From: Priapulus caudatus
Lineage: Eukaryota
Reading direction: 5' to 3'
Length of the DNA stretch: 64,000 bases
NCBI RefSeq assembly: GCF_000485595.1
Contig: NW_014577062.1
Location: forward strand, 788,027 to 852,026
Position numbers and translations under genes: made by a program. Position 1 is the stretch's first letter. The number at the start of each line of letters is the position of its first letter. The notes under the pieces were generated by a model. That model had not been told where the DNA came from and did not search any database. It saw only the letters and a program-made list of their open reading frames with translations. Below, piece after piece: positions 1 through 13,198 of the stretch.

Positions 1-308
1 AAAAAGTGCATCATTAGTGGCCCATTGCAGTGATAACATTTTTAGTCTATCCAAATCTCCTCAGAGAAGAAGTTTCCACGCAGGTAACCACATTTTGAAA
101 ATATTGCATCTCAGTCTCTTGTATTACTGTCTCTACCTCTTGTCTTTCTGCAAATTTCATTATAGTGTATTACCCAAGAGCTAACTGTTGTGTGGAAAGA
201 GTAGAGGTTTATTAGGGCACCTGTAAATAAATTGTGTATGAAGATTATAGTAACATCACAAATCAACATTTGATGATGAACCACACACTTCAAGACGCCT
301 GTGCACAC

Positions 309-407
309 CTTCTCACGAGCCGCCTGCCGCGTTTCTGGATCCATCCAACTTAGCTGTGGGAGGTTGAGCTTGAACGCCCTCTTCACACTGTCCACCATGC
401 GTTCGGC
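309..407 (-). CDS. ECE/neprilysin-like (M13) exon, AERMVDSVKRAFKLNLPQLSWMDPETRQAAREK (99 nt, phase 0-0); gene continues beyond window start
   Basis: ttgcag acceptor and AAG|gtgtgc donor. Peptide carries the M13 'WMD.ETR..A.EK' motif. Confidence 0.95.
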
Positions 408-894
408 CTGCAACCCAAGAATACTGCTCGGTGATAACATATTACTGCTGTGAATCCCACACAGTAAAAGTGCCAAGTTGCGACTGAACATGCACAATGA
501 CATACACGGAAAATGATGGCAAATGGCTCCTATTTTATTTGTACTATTCCTAACATTATCTTACCTACTTAAGTGCACATTTTTGCAATCATATGGGCCT
601 ATTTAACAGTACTTCAGGCTTCTAAACCTTACATTTATGGAGTTTCTTCCATCAATAAATACACTTACATGCTCACACACATACACACGCCTTCCACAGA
701 ACCCTGCTCTATCATTCGTCAAGATCAGATTTAGAAATGACTAGAGCAGCCACTATCTATGCTACACACCACAGTCGCATTGCCACGCAACTTAGCCGAA
801 TCAAAATCTAACTTTTGAATTACTACATGAACCTCCCTCTGACTATGACGCACCGAACGTGCACGAAACAACACAAAGAACGCGTGCCCCATAC

Positions 895-1117
895 CTTCGC
901 CTTGCTGTCGCCGTCGAACACCTCCTGCACGAACATGGCGCCGAGCGCGAAACCGATGACGCCGTCCGTGTCGGAGACGCAGAGGCGCCAGAGGACGTCG
1001 AAGCCGTCCGAGCCGGTCATCGCCTTGCTGAGCGGCTTGTTGAGCTCGCGGAACGCCTTCGACAGGTAGGGAGACATCTGCCGCGCCAGGTTCCACACCA
1101 TGTAGTTGTTGAGAATG
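895..1117 (-). CDS. ECE-like exon, ILNNYMVWNLARQMSPYLSKAF...WRLCVSDTDGVIGFALGAMFVQEVFDGDSKAK (223 nt, phase 2-0)
   Basis: aactag acceptor and AAG|gtatgg donor. Contains 'NNYM.W' and 'W..CV.DT...GFALG.MFV' M13 motifs. Joins in frame to the 309-407 exon. Confidence 0.95.
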
Positions 1118-1582
1118 CTAGTTGTTGAAACGAGAGAGTAGCGAGCGTTGAGAACGTAGCGAAAGAATTTACACGGGGTAAAATAAAGAACATCGACGTG
1201 AGATAACGCAGAGAAAACATCAATGTGTAAGAACGCAGCAATACAAAAAAACATCACTTACACCATGTAGTTGATGAGAATGCTGGTGATGAAACGCGAG
1301 GGAACGTAGCAAAAGAATTTACGCGAGGTAAACGAAAAGCATCGACATGAGAAAACGCAGAGAAAACGTCGACGTGTAGGAACGCAGCAATAACAAAAAC
1401 ACAAGTGAACAGTACAGCCATTGCTAAAGTTGTCATGGCTACTCGCACATGTGAAAGTCGCCGATAACTCTGATATCATTTTTGTGTGATGCATGTTGGG
1501 CCTTGCTACCGTCCACTTTCCCGACAGACGATCATCATTGTCTACAGAAATAATTTAAAATATGTACCTGAATATATGTTAA

Positions 1583-2200
1583 AGGAATCGTTTACTCTAG
1601 GTTCTAGGGTTATTTTCAGTTGATTTAGGTTAAAATTACGCCACATAAAAAGTTTCATGGTTCAATCACCATTAGAAATATTACTAAAAAATGTTTTAAA
1701 ACTAACGACTACAGTTTGATTACAACGACGGTGGTGCCACTCAAAGTGCACGATCTGATGAGTTGCGCAAAACCACTTTTCAGCCAAGGGCTACAGACCA
1801 AGAGTGTTTCATATTTATTAATTGAAAAGCAAAAGGATTGTAATATCTTATAAACGACATATAGTTTCAGTTATAATATGGATAAATTTGCCCTAAAATG
1901 AATTTCGTTCAGTTAAATAGCATTTAGGTATAAATATAATTGCACTTTTGTGATTAGCCCTCGGTCTGTAACGTGCAAAATAAATTGTCAAATACACAAC
2001 TTTTTCGGAGTGGCAGCACGGTCGCGGGTGTCATGGCGCCGTTCAAATTTCGTAGCGTTGATGTGTAATTAATTATAACAATTAAATTAGGTATCTGGTA
2101 ACAAATACGTGTGGGTATAGACGATTTGTTATACAGTAAGTACAGTTGTATGCAGTTGTATGCAGTTGTATGCAGTAAAATCCTAGAGGCTACTGTCCCT
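1583..2200. mobile_element. Kolobok-like non-autonomous DNA transposon (TTAA TSD, AGG...CCT ends)
   Basis: ttaa|aggaatcgtttactctagg ... cctagaggctactgtccct|ttaa: degenerate ~19-bp TIRs flanked by TTAA. Confidence 0.6.
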
Positions 2201-4030
2201 TTAATAAAAAAAAAAAAAATTTGTTAAATATTTTTTTNNNNNNNNNNNNNNNNNNNNNNNNNNNNNNNNNNNNNNNNNNNNNNNNNNNNNNNNNNNNNNN
2301 NNNNNNNNNNNNNNNNNNNNNNNNNNNNNNNNNNNNNNNNNNNNNNNNNNNNNNNNNNNNNNNNNNNNNNNNNNNNNNNNNNNNNNNNNNNNNNNNNNNN
2401 NNNNNNNNNNNNNNNNNNNNNNNNNNNNNNNNNNNNNNNNNNNNNNNNNNNNNNNNNNNNNNNNNNNNNNNNNNNNNNNNNNNNNNNNNNNNNNNNNNNN
2501 NNNNNNNNNNNNNNNNNNNNNNNNNNNNNNNNNNNNNNNNNNNNNNNNNNNNNNNNNNNNNNNNNNNNNNNNNNNNNNNNNNNNNNNNNNNNNNNNNNNN
2601 NNNNNNNNNNNNNNNNNNNNNNNNNNNNNNNNNNNNNNNNNNNNNNNNNNNNNNNNNNNNNNNNNNNNNNNNNNNNNNNNNNNNNNNNNNNNNNNNNNNN
2701 NNNNNNNNNNNNNNNNNNNNNNNNNNNNNNNNNNNNNNNNNNNNNNNNNNNNNNNNNNNNNNNNNNNNNNNNNNNNNNNNNNNNNNNNNNNNNNNNNNNN
2801 NNNNNNNNNNNNNNNNNNNNNNNNNNNNNNNNNNNNNNNNNNNNNNNNNNNNNNNNNNNNNNNNNNNNNNNNNNNNNNNNNNNNNNNNNNNNNNNNNNNN
2901 NNNNNNNNNNNNNNNNNNNNNNNNNNNNNNNNNNNNNNNNNNNNNNNNNNNNNNNNNNNNNNNNNNNNNNNNNNNNNNNNNNNNNNNNNNNNNNNNNNNN
3001 NNNNNNNNNNNNNNNNNNNNNNNNNNNNNNNNNNNNNNNNNNNNNNNNNNNNNNNNNNNNNNNNNNNNNNNNNNNNNNNNNNNNNNNNNNNNNNNNNNNN
3101 NNNNNNNNNNNNNNNNNNNNNNNNNNNNNNNNATATACCTACATAGCTATACAGCTATAAATGTTGCGCGTATGAGAGAGAGAGAGAGAGAGCCCTGTAT
3201 TCTGCGATGTTTTAAACCGTACCCTCATCATCGTGAGTGAGAAACCACGCGGGAGGCAGCCGGAGAAGCATAAGACATAATGGTTGGACAAAGACACCTG
3301 GGAGAGAGGCTGAGGTCGACAGAATCAGGGTGAGCAGTAGACTGTATAGCTATGTAGGTATATGGCAGCGGCAGCGCTCACCGCTGTCTATTCTCAGCAC
3401 TGCCGCCAAGAGTCGCGAAACTCTTATGAATGTGGCGCCACCTAGTGTTTACCACAGGCGAGGAATTAATGAGATTTTCTAGTGTATATTTTATCGTGCT
3501 ACCACATACGATGGAGTATGAAGCGCTTCCTGTAGTTATCATGAAGTTTCATATATAATAAATTCGCTCGGTATTGTCTTGAGGGGCATGGCGCAGAATT
3601 ATTATGAGAACAAGTTTAAAAAAGATTAAACATCGGTTTCTAAAACAAGCCTTAGTCACAAAAACAACAAATAACTATTCATTTGAACGAATAAATCCGA
3701 TAATGACATTTCAAACAGAGATGGCAAAGCTATTACATAACTCACAGAGGGTAGGAGTACGTATTTACCGTCCACAGGTATAACCTACCTGCGTCAGAGA
3801 TCGACTATCAACTAATCACCTGTGATAATGACGTCACCATGTGGCGAACTCGTAGATGGATCACAACATCGTCAAATTACGCCGATAGATGGTGCCACCC
3901 TCCCGATCGTGCTGTGGCTGACTACCTGGTACTTGGTAGGCAGCAGCACCTGCTGCTAAGAAAGCTATTGTAGTTTCTCGCGTATATCAACAGCGCGTGT
4001 CGAGCCATCCTTCATTAGTGGATACGGCCG

Positions 4031-4426
<396 letters not shown>

Positions 4427-5412
4427 AGAGAGAGAGAAGAATTAGGAAAGACAGCCGGCTAGACACAAAGTCCACTTCAGTTCCATTACTCAGCTAGGGC
4501 AATATCCACTTACACTGTTGACACCAAGCCGAACAGGCTCACTTGAATTCCTTAAAACAGTCAGAGGGGGATGCGACGAAGGAGGAGGGAATGGAGGAGA
4601 AAGAGGAAGATGGGAATGAGGAAATCAGAGCAGTTGCATGGGAGGGTAGGTATAGGAGCGCAACACCCCCCTCCAATGGAAATCCAACACAAGGATACAT
4701 AGGATAGGATAGGATAGAATAGGATAGGATGGGATAGGATAGGTTGCATAGGAGGGTAGGTATAGGAGGGACAGAAGAGCAGAGGCGAGAAAATACCTAT
4801 CTTTATTTTCTCTACGCCACCCTTCTCTCCAACCGAGACCCCCTCTTAATTTTGCTCTTTCTTCCTTGTTCCCTTCTCTACCTCGTCCCACTATCACTTC
4901 CCCCCACTCACATTGATTACTTTCCATTATATCAAGGGTTGTAATTTCAAACTAATCATGTTGTGGAATTACTAAAGCATGATATATGAAATCTGAGCCG
5001 TCTGCAAATGCAAGTTGAGTGCAGTCTGGAAACGGGAGAGAGAGAGAGAGGCAGAGAGTTAAGGAAGAAAAAAAAAAGAAGGGAAGGAGGCAATAAGGAA
5101 GGGAGGGAGGCAATAAGGAAGGGGAGGGACGATGGGAGAGAGACAAGAAGGGACGAGAGGAAAGCCAGGATAGTGAGAGGCAAGACCATATGCACGCACG
5201 TATACACACAATGCAAGTATGACACAAGGATTCAGTGAGAGCAACCGACAGTTAGGGACATTATCATAACAACATTGTCGCAATAATGTTGCGTAGGAAT
5301 CATTTTCTAGCATTTCCATCAGTTGTTTTCAGCTTGTCACTGTGAGCACAGTGGGACAGCAGTGCGGCGGCGCGCAGCATGCTACACGCGGTGGCGCAGA
5401 CGGCGAACTTAC

Positions 5413-5499
5413 AAACGGTGCGAGATTGGTCAGCTCACTAATGTTCATCTTGTGGTACATCTTCTCCTCATCGCGGCGCTGGTCGGCCGGTGTCGTGAT
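5413..5499 (-). CDS. ECE-like exon, [29 protein letters not shown] (87 nt, phase 0-0)
   Basis: ttacag acceptor and gtaagt donor. Resembles the ECE 'IT.P...RRDEE..YHK' segment. Not in the ORF track; found by reading. Confidence 0.93.
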
Positions 5500-5809
5500 C
5501 TGTAACGTTGATGCACTCAGTCAGCAAACTATGCAAGTCAACTTCATTTCATCAGAAGTCGATAGTACTAATCTACTTCCGGTTTCATGTTACTACAGCA
5601 GGTAGTCCGATCTGTTCACAACGTGTCTTCCTAATATTGCAAAAACCTGCATTCAGGTACGATTCTCGCATTTATAATTCTGGGTTTTTTTCCGAGGAGC
5701 AACATTTCACGTTATATCGCATGACATTGATGTCGGATCCCTTGACAAGAATCGAAATAAGAAGTGGCACGTCTCGCTATAGCTGCTTTCCATTTTCATT
5801 AGTCTCGCG

Positions 5810-6081
5810 TAACTACCACTGCGATGGCTCAATTGCTCGCCTCGCATGTGGAAAGTCGTGGGTTCGAATCCCAGCCGGGTCATACCAAAGACTTGAAAAA
5901 TGGTACACACTGCTTCTCTGCTTAGTACTAAGCAAAAAGAGATAGAGTGTGGAAACGGTGCCAAGAAGAGAGCTTTGTATGAGGCCCGGGTGGCCGGCAC
6001 GGCGCCAGTGAAAACTGTGAATCGCTTCATTAGCCCACTAGGCCAGTAGCCGAGTAGGGCACTTTATTATTTAAAATTATT
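5810..6081 (+). mobile_element. tRNA-derived SINE, probably MetaSINE-like
   Basis: B-box GGTTCGAATCCC, then the core 'gtcataccaaagacttgaaaaatggtac..tgcttctctgc', an AT-rich (TTA) tail, and a 12-bp TSD attagtctcgcg (5798-5809 and 6082-6093). Confidence 0.8.
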
Positions 6082-6722
6082 ATTAGTCTCGCGAGTGGCG
6101 TTACATGTGCAGACCTATAGCATGGTCTGCCTTATAATATAACACGTGGGTCATTACTGCCATGTATCATCAGCCAGCCTCTGCTGCATGAGTAAGCAAT
6201 TACCTAATAAATGTGAAGATACCTAGGGCTGTGAATTGCACACTTCCAAGAGCAGATTTTATTATCTAGCCGTGATTACATTTAGACTTCATAGGCTACT
6301 GTGCCATAGCCTATGCTACAGAGCAAATAATTGCATATTCGCATGACAGGTTTTATACGCATTATAAAATTAATGACATTTTCCCATTTGCTCAAGTTTT
6401 TGCACACACGCAGACATGAACGCATGCATGCACACCTAAACACACACACACACACACGCACGCACGCACGCACGCACGCACGCATGCACGCACATACCAT
6501 ATCACATACACTCTTGATGCCTCTGACATGTACCAATACACACTATCTTTTACTTGATGTGTAAATATCTCTATGAATTCTGTGAATAATTTATCATGCC
6601 TATACGCGCAGTGCCTATCGGAACACTAATCCTATCGTTTAGGATACGAAGTATATATGGTGAAGAGTAGGATGGTACATGTCAACATCCTATTGGCTCA
6701 TGTGAGACAACTAGAACCTTAC

Positions 6723-6839
6723 GTTAGCAATCTCGGTTTCCAACGCGAGTACGGCTTCCATCTGAGCACGCGTGCTATTCTCCTCTCCTCCTAGCAATAC
6801 CCCTAGTCCTACCATGAAGTCGAGGTACGCATCCATCAC
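6723..6839 (-). CDS. ECE-like exon, VMDAYLDFMVGLGVLLGGEENSTRAQMEAVLALETEIAN (117 nt, phase 0-0)
   Basis: gtacag acceptor and AAC|gtaagg donor. Matches the 'YL..M..LG.LLGG......QM...L..ET..AN' pattern of ECE. In frame with both neighbours. Confidence 0.93.
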
Positions 6840-7230
6840 CTGTACACACGAAATAAAACGAGATGAAGGCACCCGTGACCCATATGAGCATTCTACTTGT
6901 CAAGCAAAAGCTGCAAGAGCATTAATCCAGTCTCTATCATGGATCCATTCATTCGGCCATGACACAAGCCTGCTGTAGACTTTATATAAAATTCATACGC
7001 CTATTAAAAACTCCGACAAATTTCTAGTAGATTCGATGCGAGATACAAAGAAACCGGACTAGGACAATGAAAGCTAACGACATGGACACTTATTACATCA
7101 AGAGCCTTCTTTATATGCTCTTGTTTGCATCGAAGTCCGCTGCACTATGGTAATCTGCCAATAGCAGTATAATTTTAAATTATGGTTGCTATTATGCATG
7201 CAACCAAGTGACGATAACAGGAACACTAAC

Positions 7231-7296
7231 CAAATGATCACTGTCCGTCTTGTTCATGTAATATTTCCTGTCAAGTCCTAAAGAGGCCTGGTCCAC
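7231..7296 (-). CDS. ECE-like exon, VDQASLGLDRKYYMNKTDSDHL (66 nt, phase 0-0)
   Basis: ttccag acceptor and TTG|gttagt donor. Matches the M13 'DQ..LGL..R.YY' motif. Confidence 0.93.
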
Positions 7297-8599
7297 CTGG
7301 AACAATTGGGCATTCAAAATTAGGGAAAATTTCCGCTACTAAAAACGATAAAGAGTCGAGGGAGTACAGTGCTCATCTGGTGACGGTTGCTAAGGCAACG
7401 AGCATCAGTATTACTATGACTATGCTACACAACTTGGCAGTCACAACGTCTCTTGGCAGTGTGCAGGTGACGGTTTTTGTTAAGCTTATTAGATAAAGTC
7501 TACAATACACGGAGAACCCCCCATCAACACAAACACACACACGCACGCATAATCATTGCCACCCAGTCTTTGGCATCTGATCACCATGTTCAATCTCGAT
7601 CATGACGTAGTTTCTACTGTGTTCCATTATCACGAATGCTAACACTATTATCAAGAGTACATAATAGAGATTATGTATCTCTATTATGTACTCTTGCTAT
7701 TATCATGTATCTCCATTTTTCAAATAAAGTGAGCACGCAGCAGTCCCTATCTCACTTAATGCAGGCAACTTGATTTTGACCAGAAAAATATTGCGTCGAT
7801 TCAAAAGCTGCGCATTCCCTGTCACTCAGGCTCCCTAACCCTAATCATATCAGATAGTTACCAGGGTACGTTCCGGCAGTACCCAGGGAGACATAGACCC
7901 TATCAGCGTCACTCAGCTGTATGCCATAATCAGAGTTGCAGAGTGTACACACCTCTTCACCTGACCCTTTACATGCGAATATTCACGGTTTCGGCAAGGG
8001 ATTTTGGCATAGGTGTCTGAGCCTCCCAAAATTCAATTTGTTCTTAAAAAATCCTGCTACAACGCGTTTTTACGTCGCTTATTAGTTATAACAGTTAGAA
8101 TATTGAACGTTTTGAAAAATGCAAGAACCAGTACAAAACAATGAGGGTGACGAAAATTTATCTAATACATTAACTAAATTAATCTATCACACAACTATAC
8201 GAATAATATCAAGAGCGTATAAAGAAGGGCGTATAATCTCTCCATAGACATAGAAGGGCAGATCATCTCTCCACGAACATTCTTTATGGAAATCTCAGGT
8301 GACAAATAAAATTACTGCACGAGCACATTATGTCACAAGTCAAGTGAGCAAAATGACAGCCTAAGAATGGCAGTAGGAGTTAAAACCTACCAGCACCAGG
8401 TATATGCTATCTAGCTTCCCCCAAAGCAACCCAAAACAAGTTATTTTCCTTGTGCCGTCGCTCTACCCCCAGGACCTCATGTTGCGTGTTGCTGTCGCTT
8501 ATTATGTTTTCACAAATTTTCGCGTGCTAACAACAGTGATGTTGCAGTTGAGATGACGATCGATGCATTTATTGGGGAAAGACACAGCGAGCAAGAAAA

Positions 8600-8677
8600 A
8601 GAGATAGAGAGAGAGAGAGAGACGGAAAGAGAAAGAGATGAGAGAGAGAGAGAGTGCGAGAGAGAGAGAGAGAGTGC

Positions 8678-8756
<79 letters not shown>

Positions 8757-8905
8757 GAGAGAGAGCACATGGAAGAGAGGAGAGGAGAGGTGGAGGGAGG
8801 AAGCGAGGGACGGATGGAGGAAGAGAGATGGGGTAAAAGATGGAGCGAGAGCAGGATAGACCGAGGAGAAAGCGAGAGAGAAGAGGGGGCAAGAAACGAG
8901 AGGGA

Positions 8906-8955
<50 letters not shown>

Positions 8956-9093
8956 ATGGAAGAGAGGAGGGGAGAGGTGGAGGGAGGAAGCGAGGGACGG
9001 ATGGAGGAAGAGAGATGGGTAAAAAGATGGAGCGAGAGCAGGATAGACCGAGGAGAAAAGCGAGAGAGAGAGGGGGCAAGAAACCGAGAGGGA

Positions 9094-9160
<67 letters not shown>
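8600..9160. repeat. (GA)n/(AT)n microsatellites with a ~190-bp purine-rich tandem duplication (8768-8950 and 8955-9160)
   Basis: catggaagagaggag...gcaagaaac occurs twice. Confidence 0.9.
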
Positions 9161-9165
<5 letters not shown>

Positions 9166-9793
9166 GTAGGAGACAGCTAGTGATAGAGAAAGAGAGAAAA
9201 AGAGAAAGAGACCGCGAGTGATAGAGTGTGTATGTATGAGTACGTATACTCTTTCGCATCACTAGCATGTAGTTGTCTTCCTGCAGTCAAGCAGCGATGG
9301 TGCACCACGACAAACTGCACCTTTCATCAAAAACGCTGACCGTGGACAGCGCCGGCCACAATTATGCTAGAACCCTTTTGGACTGACGCTGACGCTGGAG
9401 GAAGAAGATCCAACAACCGAGTGCTAGCTGCCACACAAAAGAATCGACGACATTGCCAGCGTTGCTTATACACAGCATCTTACAGCAGCGCTCGCAGCCA
9501 CCAAGGTACTGAGAGGTTTCCGTGCGTCATTTGCTATAGCCGTACTCGCGCGTGAAGGCCTACTACCGAAGTTTTTTTCCAAGTTCCGTCGACCAGACTG
9601 TGGAATCGCTACTGACGTCATAACATACCAGATATGCTTCTAGGGCAGAGTGACTGCCAACTCCCACTGATTCCCACCCTACCAGCTTTGATACGTTGAC
9701 TATCCACTTAACTAGCGTAATACACCGAATCCACAAAAGTGTGGTAATAAATTAAGAGACGCAAGTCTCTGCACAGACTCGGATACTCTGCCC

Positions 9794-9858
<65 letters not shown>

Positions 9859-11479
9859 GAGGTAAAGGAGAGGGGGAGTGAGCGAAAGAGAAGGGGGAGG
9901 GACAGAACAGAAACAGAGAATGGTAGAGAGAGGATTGAGGTAGTAGTAATCTGTAGTATAATATAATAATAATGTAATAATAATCCTGGCTCTCTATATA
10001 CAGTAGCAGACCCTTTGAAGTCTATTTTGGATTTATAGGCCCTCGATATAATACGTTGGCAAAGTGCGGAAAACCATTTTCCGTTCCTATGCCGGCGTAT
10101 ACACATCGTGTCTATTTATTCTACATTCCTTATAAGTCTGTCATTTCCATTAAAACTCGAGATAATTTTAAGTCGGTCTCTAACAATCTATGTGTACATA
10201 ATTATATGTCCACGCACGAGTTCCCCCGACAGGCCGCACAGCTAGCTAGGCTTATAGTTAAACTGCACAGATAAGAGTAGGACGAGGATGAGAGGTTACA
10301 CTGGGAGACGCCAAGAGCACTCACTAACCTATTGAGATGATTCACAGCAGAACTAACCGTATGGCTTCTACTTTCCCGACAGAAGATGCTGCGACAGCAA
10401 GCTTGCTACAGCCAGCATGCACTCTCACGTCTCTGTGAGCAGGACGCAGGCGAGAATACGAGAGGGAGGAGGCGGAGATATGCCGAGCGAAAAACTGAGT
10501 GACGGCTCGACGAACCCGCACGCATGTATTGACTTTGCAAACAAACTCCGCTTCCATTAGGTGGCTGTAAAGAAGCCGCGTGCGCTATCGCAACACAAAC
10601 GGATGAAGGACTGCGGGGCGAGAGAGGGCGAAACTCTCGCGCGCAGACGTCATGTGAGCATGTTCACTTAAATTTATTAATACTAAACTCGCTATCGTCA
10701 AACGGGCGAAGGGAATTCCATTGGCGTTTCAACGCTGACGGCATGCCATGCAGCCGTGTTTCGATAGACCGCAGAGGCCATCATATCATCGCAGTCGCCC
10801 TACTTTAGTGTTATTTTCAAAACCTCTGCCACATTTTCAGTTACTCAACCGCACTTGTACGAAAGTAGGTAGGGAACCACGATTAGTTATTTTTAGTTCT
10901 GGAAGGAATGAATTCGTTCAGAGCATGCATTTTTATTGCTGGGAAACGTTCAACTGTCACATGAAACACATACAGTCGGAAAGAGTGGACACGCGCCGCA
11001 CATTCGTCTCACATATTAACCTCCAACTCACAGACCGTTGTTTAGCAACGTATAAAAAGCCTTCCGCGTGATAGTCATGCCCAGACTCCTTATAATACGC
11101 ATGATAACTACCAACCTACGTTCACTAATTACTCTGCTACATTAAACAAATTCTCAAGTACAGATTCGCACTGCTTCACACATGATAAATTACACGCCTG
11201 GCGCTTTACAACAGCTATTAAAAACATGTATTAGCGTTTCAATATACTCAATTTGTTCCGGCCGACCAGCCGTAACCCTTGTGAAATCCACAATCATGCA
11301 AAAATTATAAATTAGCAGCATCAATCACGACGGAATCTGTTAACTGCTAATGATGCAGCATGCTCGTTCCTTCCTCCGCTAGGCAAACACGAAGATGAGT
11401 GCACTGAGCACAATACACGATAAATGCTTCGGGAAAGACTAGGTTACTTATAAATGCTGTCACAAGTCAAGTGATAAAT

Positions 11480-11698
11480 ACTGCTACCAGGTGAATGGTG
11501 TATGCCAATATCAGGTAACTGATTATGAACACTAACGCGAGGTAACAGACGAATGCCAATGCCAGGTAACAGCTGATGAGTTGTAGTGCCAGGTAACAGA
11601 TGAATGCCAATATCAGATAACTGATGAACACTAGCAATAGGTAGCATATAAATGTGAGTACCAGGTAATTGATGAATGCTAGCCCCAGATAACTAATG
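11480..11698. repeat. Degenerate ~25-30 bp tandem repeat (ccaggtaac...gatgaatgc), resuming at 12557-12600 after the transposon
   Basis: The motif caggtaa/cagataa + tgatgaa recurs on both sides of the insertion. Confidence 0.6.
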
Positions 11699-12556
11699 TA
11701 TGGTGGCCGAGGGTTGCCACTACAATTTTACCTCTGAAATAAATAAAAGCAAATAAAAAAAAACGAAATCAAAATCAAATTCAAAACGAAATCAAAATCA
11801 AAATCAAAATCAAATTCAAAATCAAAACGAAATCAAAATCAAAATCAAAACGAAATCAAAATCAAAATCAAAATCAAAACGAAATCAAAATCAAAATCAA
11901 AATCAAAAGTAAAGTGAAATGAGTTTACGCGTTGGCCGAGAGCTGCCAAAGTGAAATCAGTTTTCGCGTTGGCCGAGAGCTGCCAAAGTGAAATCAGTTT
12001 TCGCGTTGGCCGAGAGCTGCCAAAGTGAAATCAGTTTACGCGTTGGCCGAGAGCTGCCAAAGTGAAATCAGTTTTCGCGTTGGCCGAGAGCTNNNNNNNN
12101 NNNNNNNNNNNNNNNNNGATTTTGATTTTGATTTTGATTTTGATTTTGATTTTGATTTTGATTTTGATTTTGATTTTGATTTTGATTTTGATTTTGATTT
12201 CGTTTTGATTTTGATTTTGATTTTGATTTTGATTTTGATTTCGTTTTGATTTTGATTTTGATTTTGATTTTGATTTTGATTTCGTTTTGATTTTGATTTT
12301 GATTTTGATTTTGATTTCGATTTCGTTTTGATTTTGATTTTGATTTTGATTTTGATTTGATTTTGATTTTGATTTTGATTTCGATTTCGATTTTGATTTC
12401 GTTTTGATTTTGAATTTGAATTTGATTTTGATTTTGATTTCGTTTTGAATTTGATTTTGATTTTGATTTTGATTTAGATTTCGTTTGTTTTATTTGTTTT
12501 ATTTTCTTTTATTTATTTCAGAGGTAAAATTGTAGTGGCAGCCCTCGGCCACCATA
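11699..12556. mobile_element. Non-autonomous foldback-type DNA transposon with TAT...ATA ends and 6-bp TSD (IS3EU-like)
   Basis: About 48-bp near-perfect TIRs tatggtggccgaggg(t/c)tgccactacaattttacctctgaaataaataaa. (AAAATC)n is mirrored by (GATTTT)n, with an internal ~35-bp tandem repeat. TSD ctaatg at 11693-11698 and 12557-12562. Confidence 0.85.
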
Positions 12557-12772
12557 CTAATGCATGCTAGCCCCAGGTAACTTAATGAATGCTAATACGT
12601 ATAAGAGGCTAACGATGCTTAACAGCTTAAACATATGCACGCACGCACGCACGCACGCACGCACACATGCACGCATACACGCACGCACACACGCACGCAG
12701 GCACGCACAAGACACAAAAGATCCGACCAGACGTGATCTAACTGATATGATATGAAATCAGTGTGTTCATAC

Positions 12773-12882
12773 CTGCAGTATGTGCGTCGTTGAATTCTTG
12801 TCGTCCTCGCCCACCCAGACGCCGAAGAAGGCACTCACGTAGTCATTCAGCTTCTGAAGTGTGCTTTGAAAGTTCCACGTCT
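12773..12882 (-). CDS. ECE-like exon, (E)TWNFQSTLQKLNDYVSAFFGVWVGEDDKNSTTHILQ (110 nt, phase 1-0)
   Basis: ctgcag acceptor and CAG|gtatga donor. Contains the 'FF.V.V..D.KNS...I.Q' motif that precedes the VDQ exon. Confidence 0.92.
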
Positions 12883-13198
12883 CTGCAGCAAGATTTTTCG
12901 TTTTTGTTTTCCACTCAGCCCGATCGAGAGCAAGGTCAATAGAAAACCTCAATAATATCCATCAAGCGGCATGCGCACTTGACAAGACAAAGGCCTGTGA
13001 CAACATGGCAACGAACTGTGACGATCAAACTAAAAGAGGAGCAACCTCGGGAGAGGCGCAGGCCATGGCGAGGAAGCGGACCTAGCTGAGGGAGCATGGT
13101 TGGAGCCTCGTTTCCCAGCTTAGACAAAGAGGACCGTGGTTAGGATACCGCCTCAGCACTGCCCAGCTAGGCGCAAGGTCACACAAAGGTCGACTTAC

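Noticed and set aside
2221..3240. Long ORFs in the track spanning N-runs (also 14678-15328 and 57780-58649)
   Set aside because: Artefacts of translating assembly gaps.
5820..5880. tRNA gene
   Set aside because: A B-box is present, but the A-box/D-arm is degenerate, no cloverleaf is evident, and the sequence continues into a SINE core, tail and TSD.
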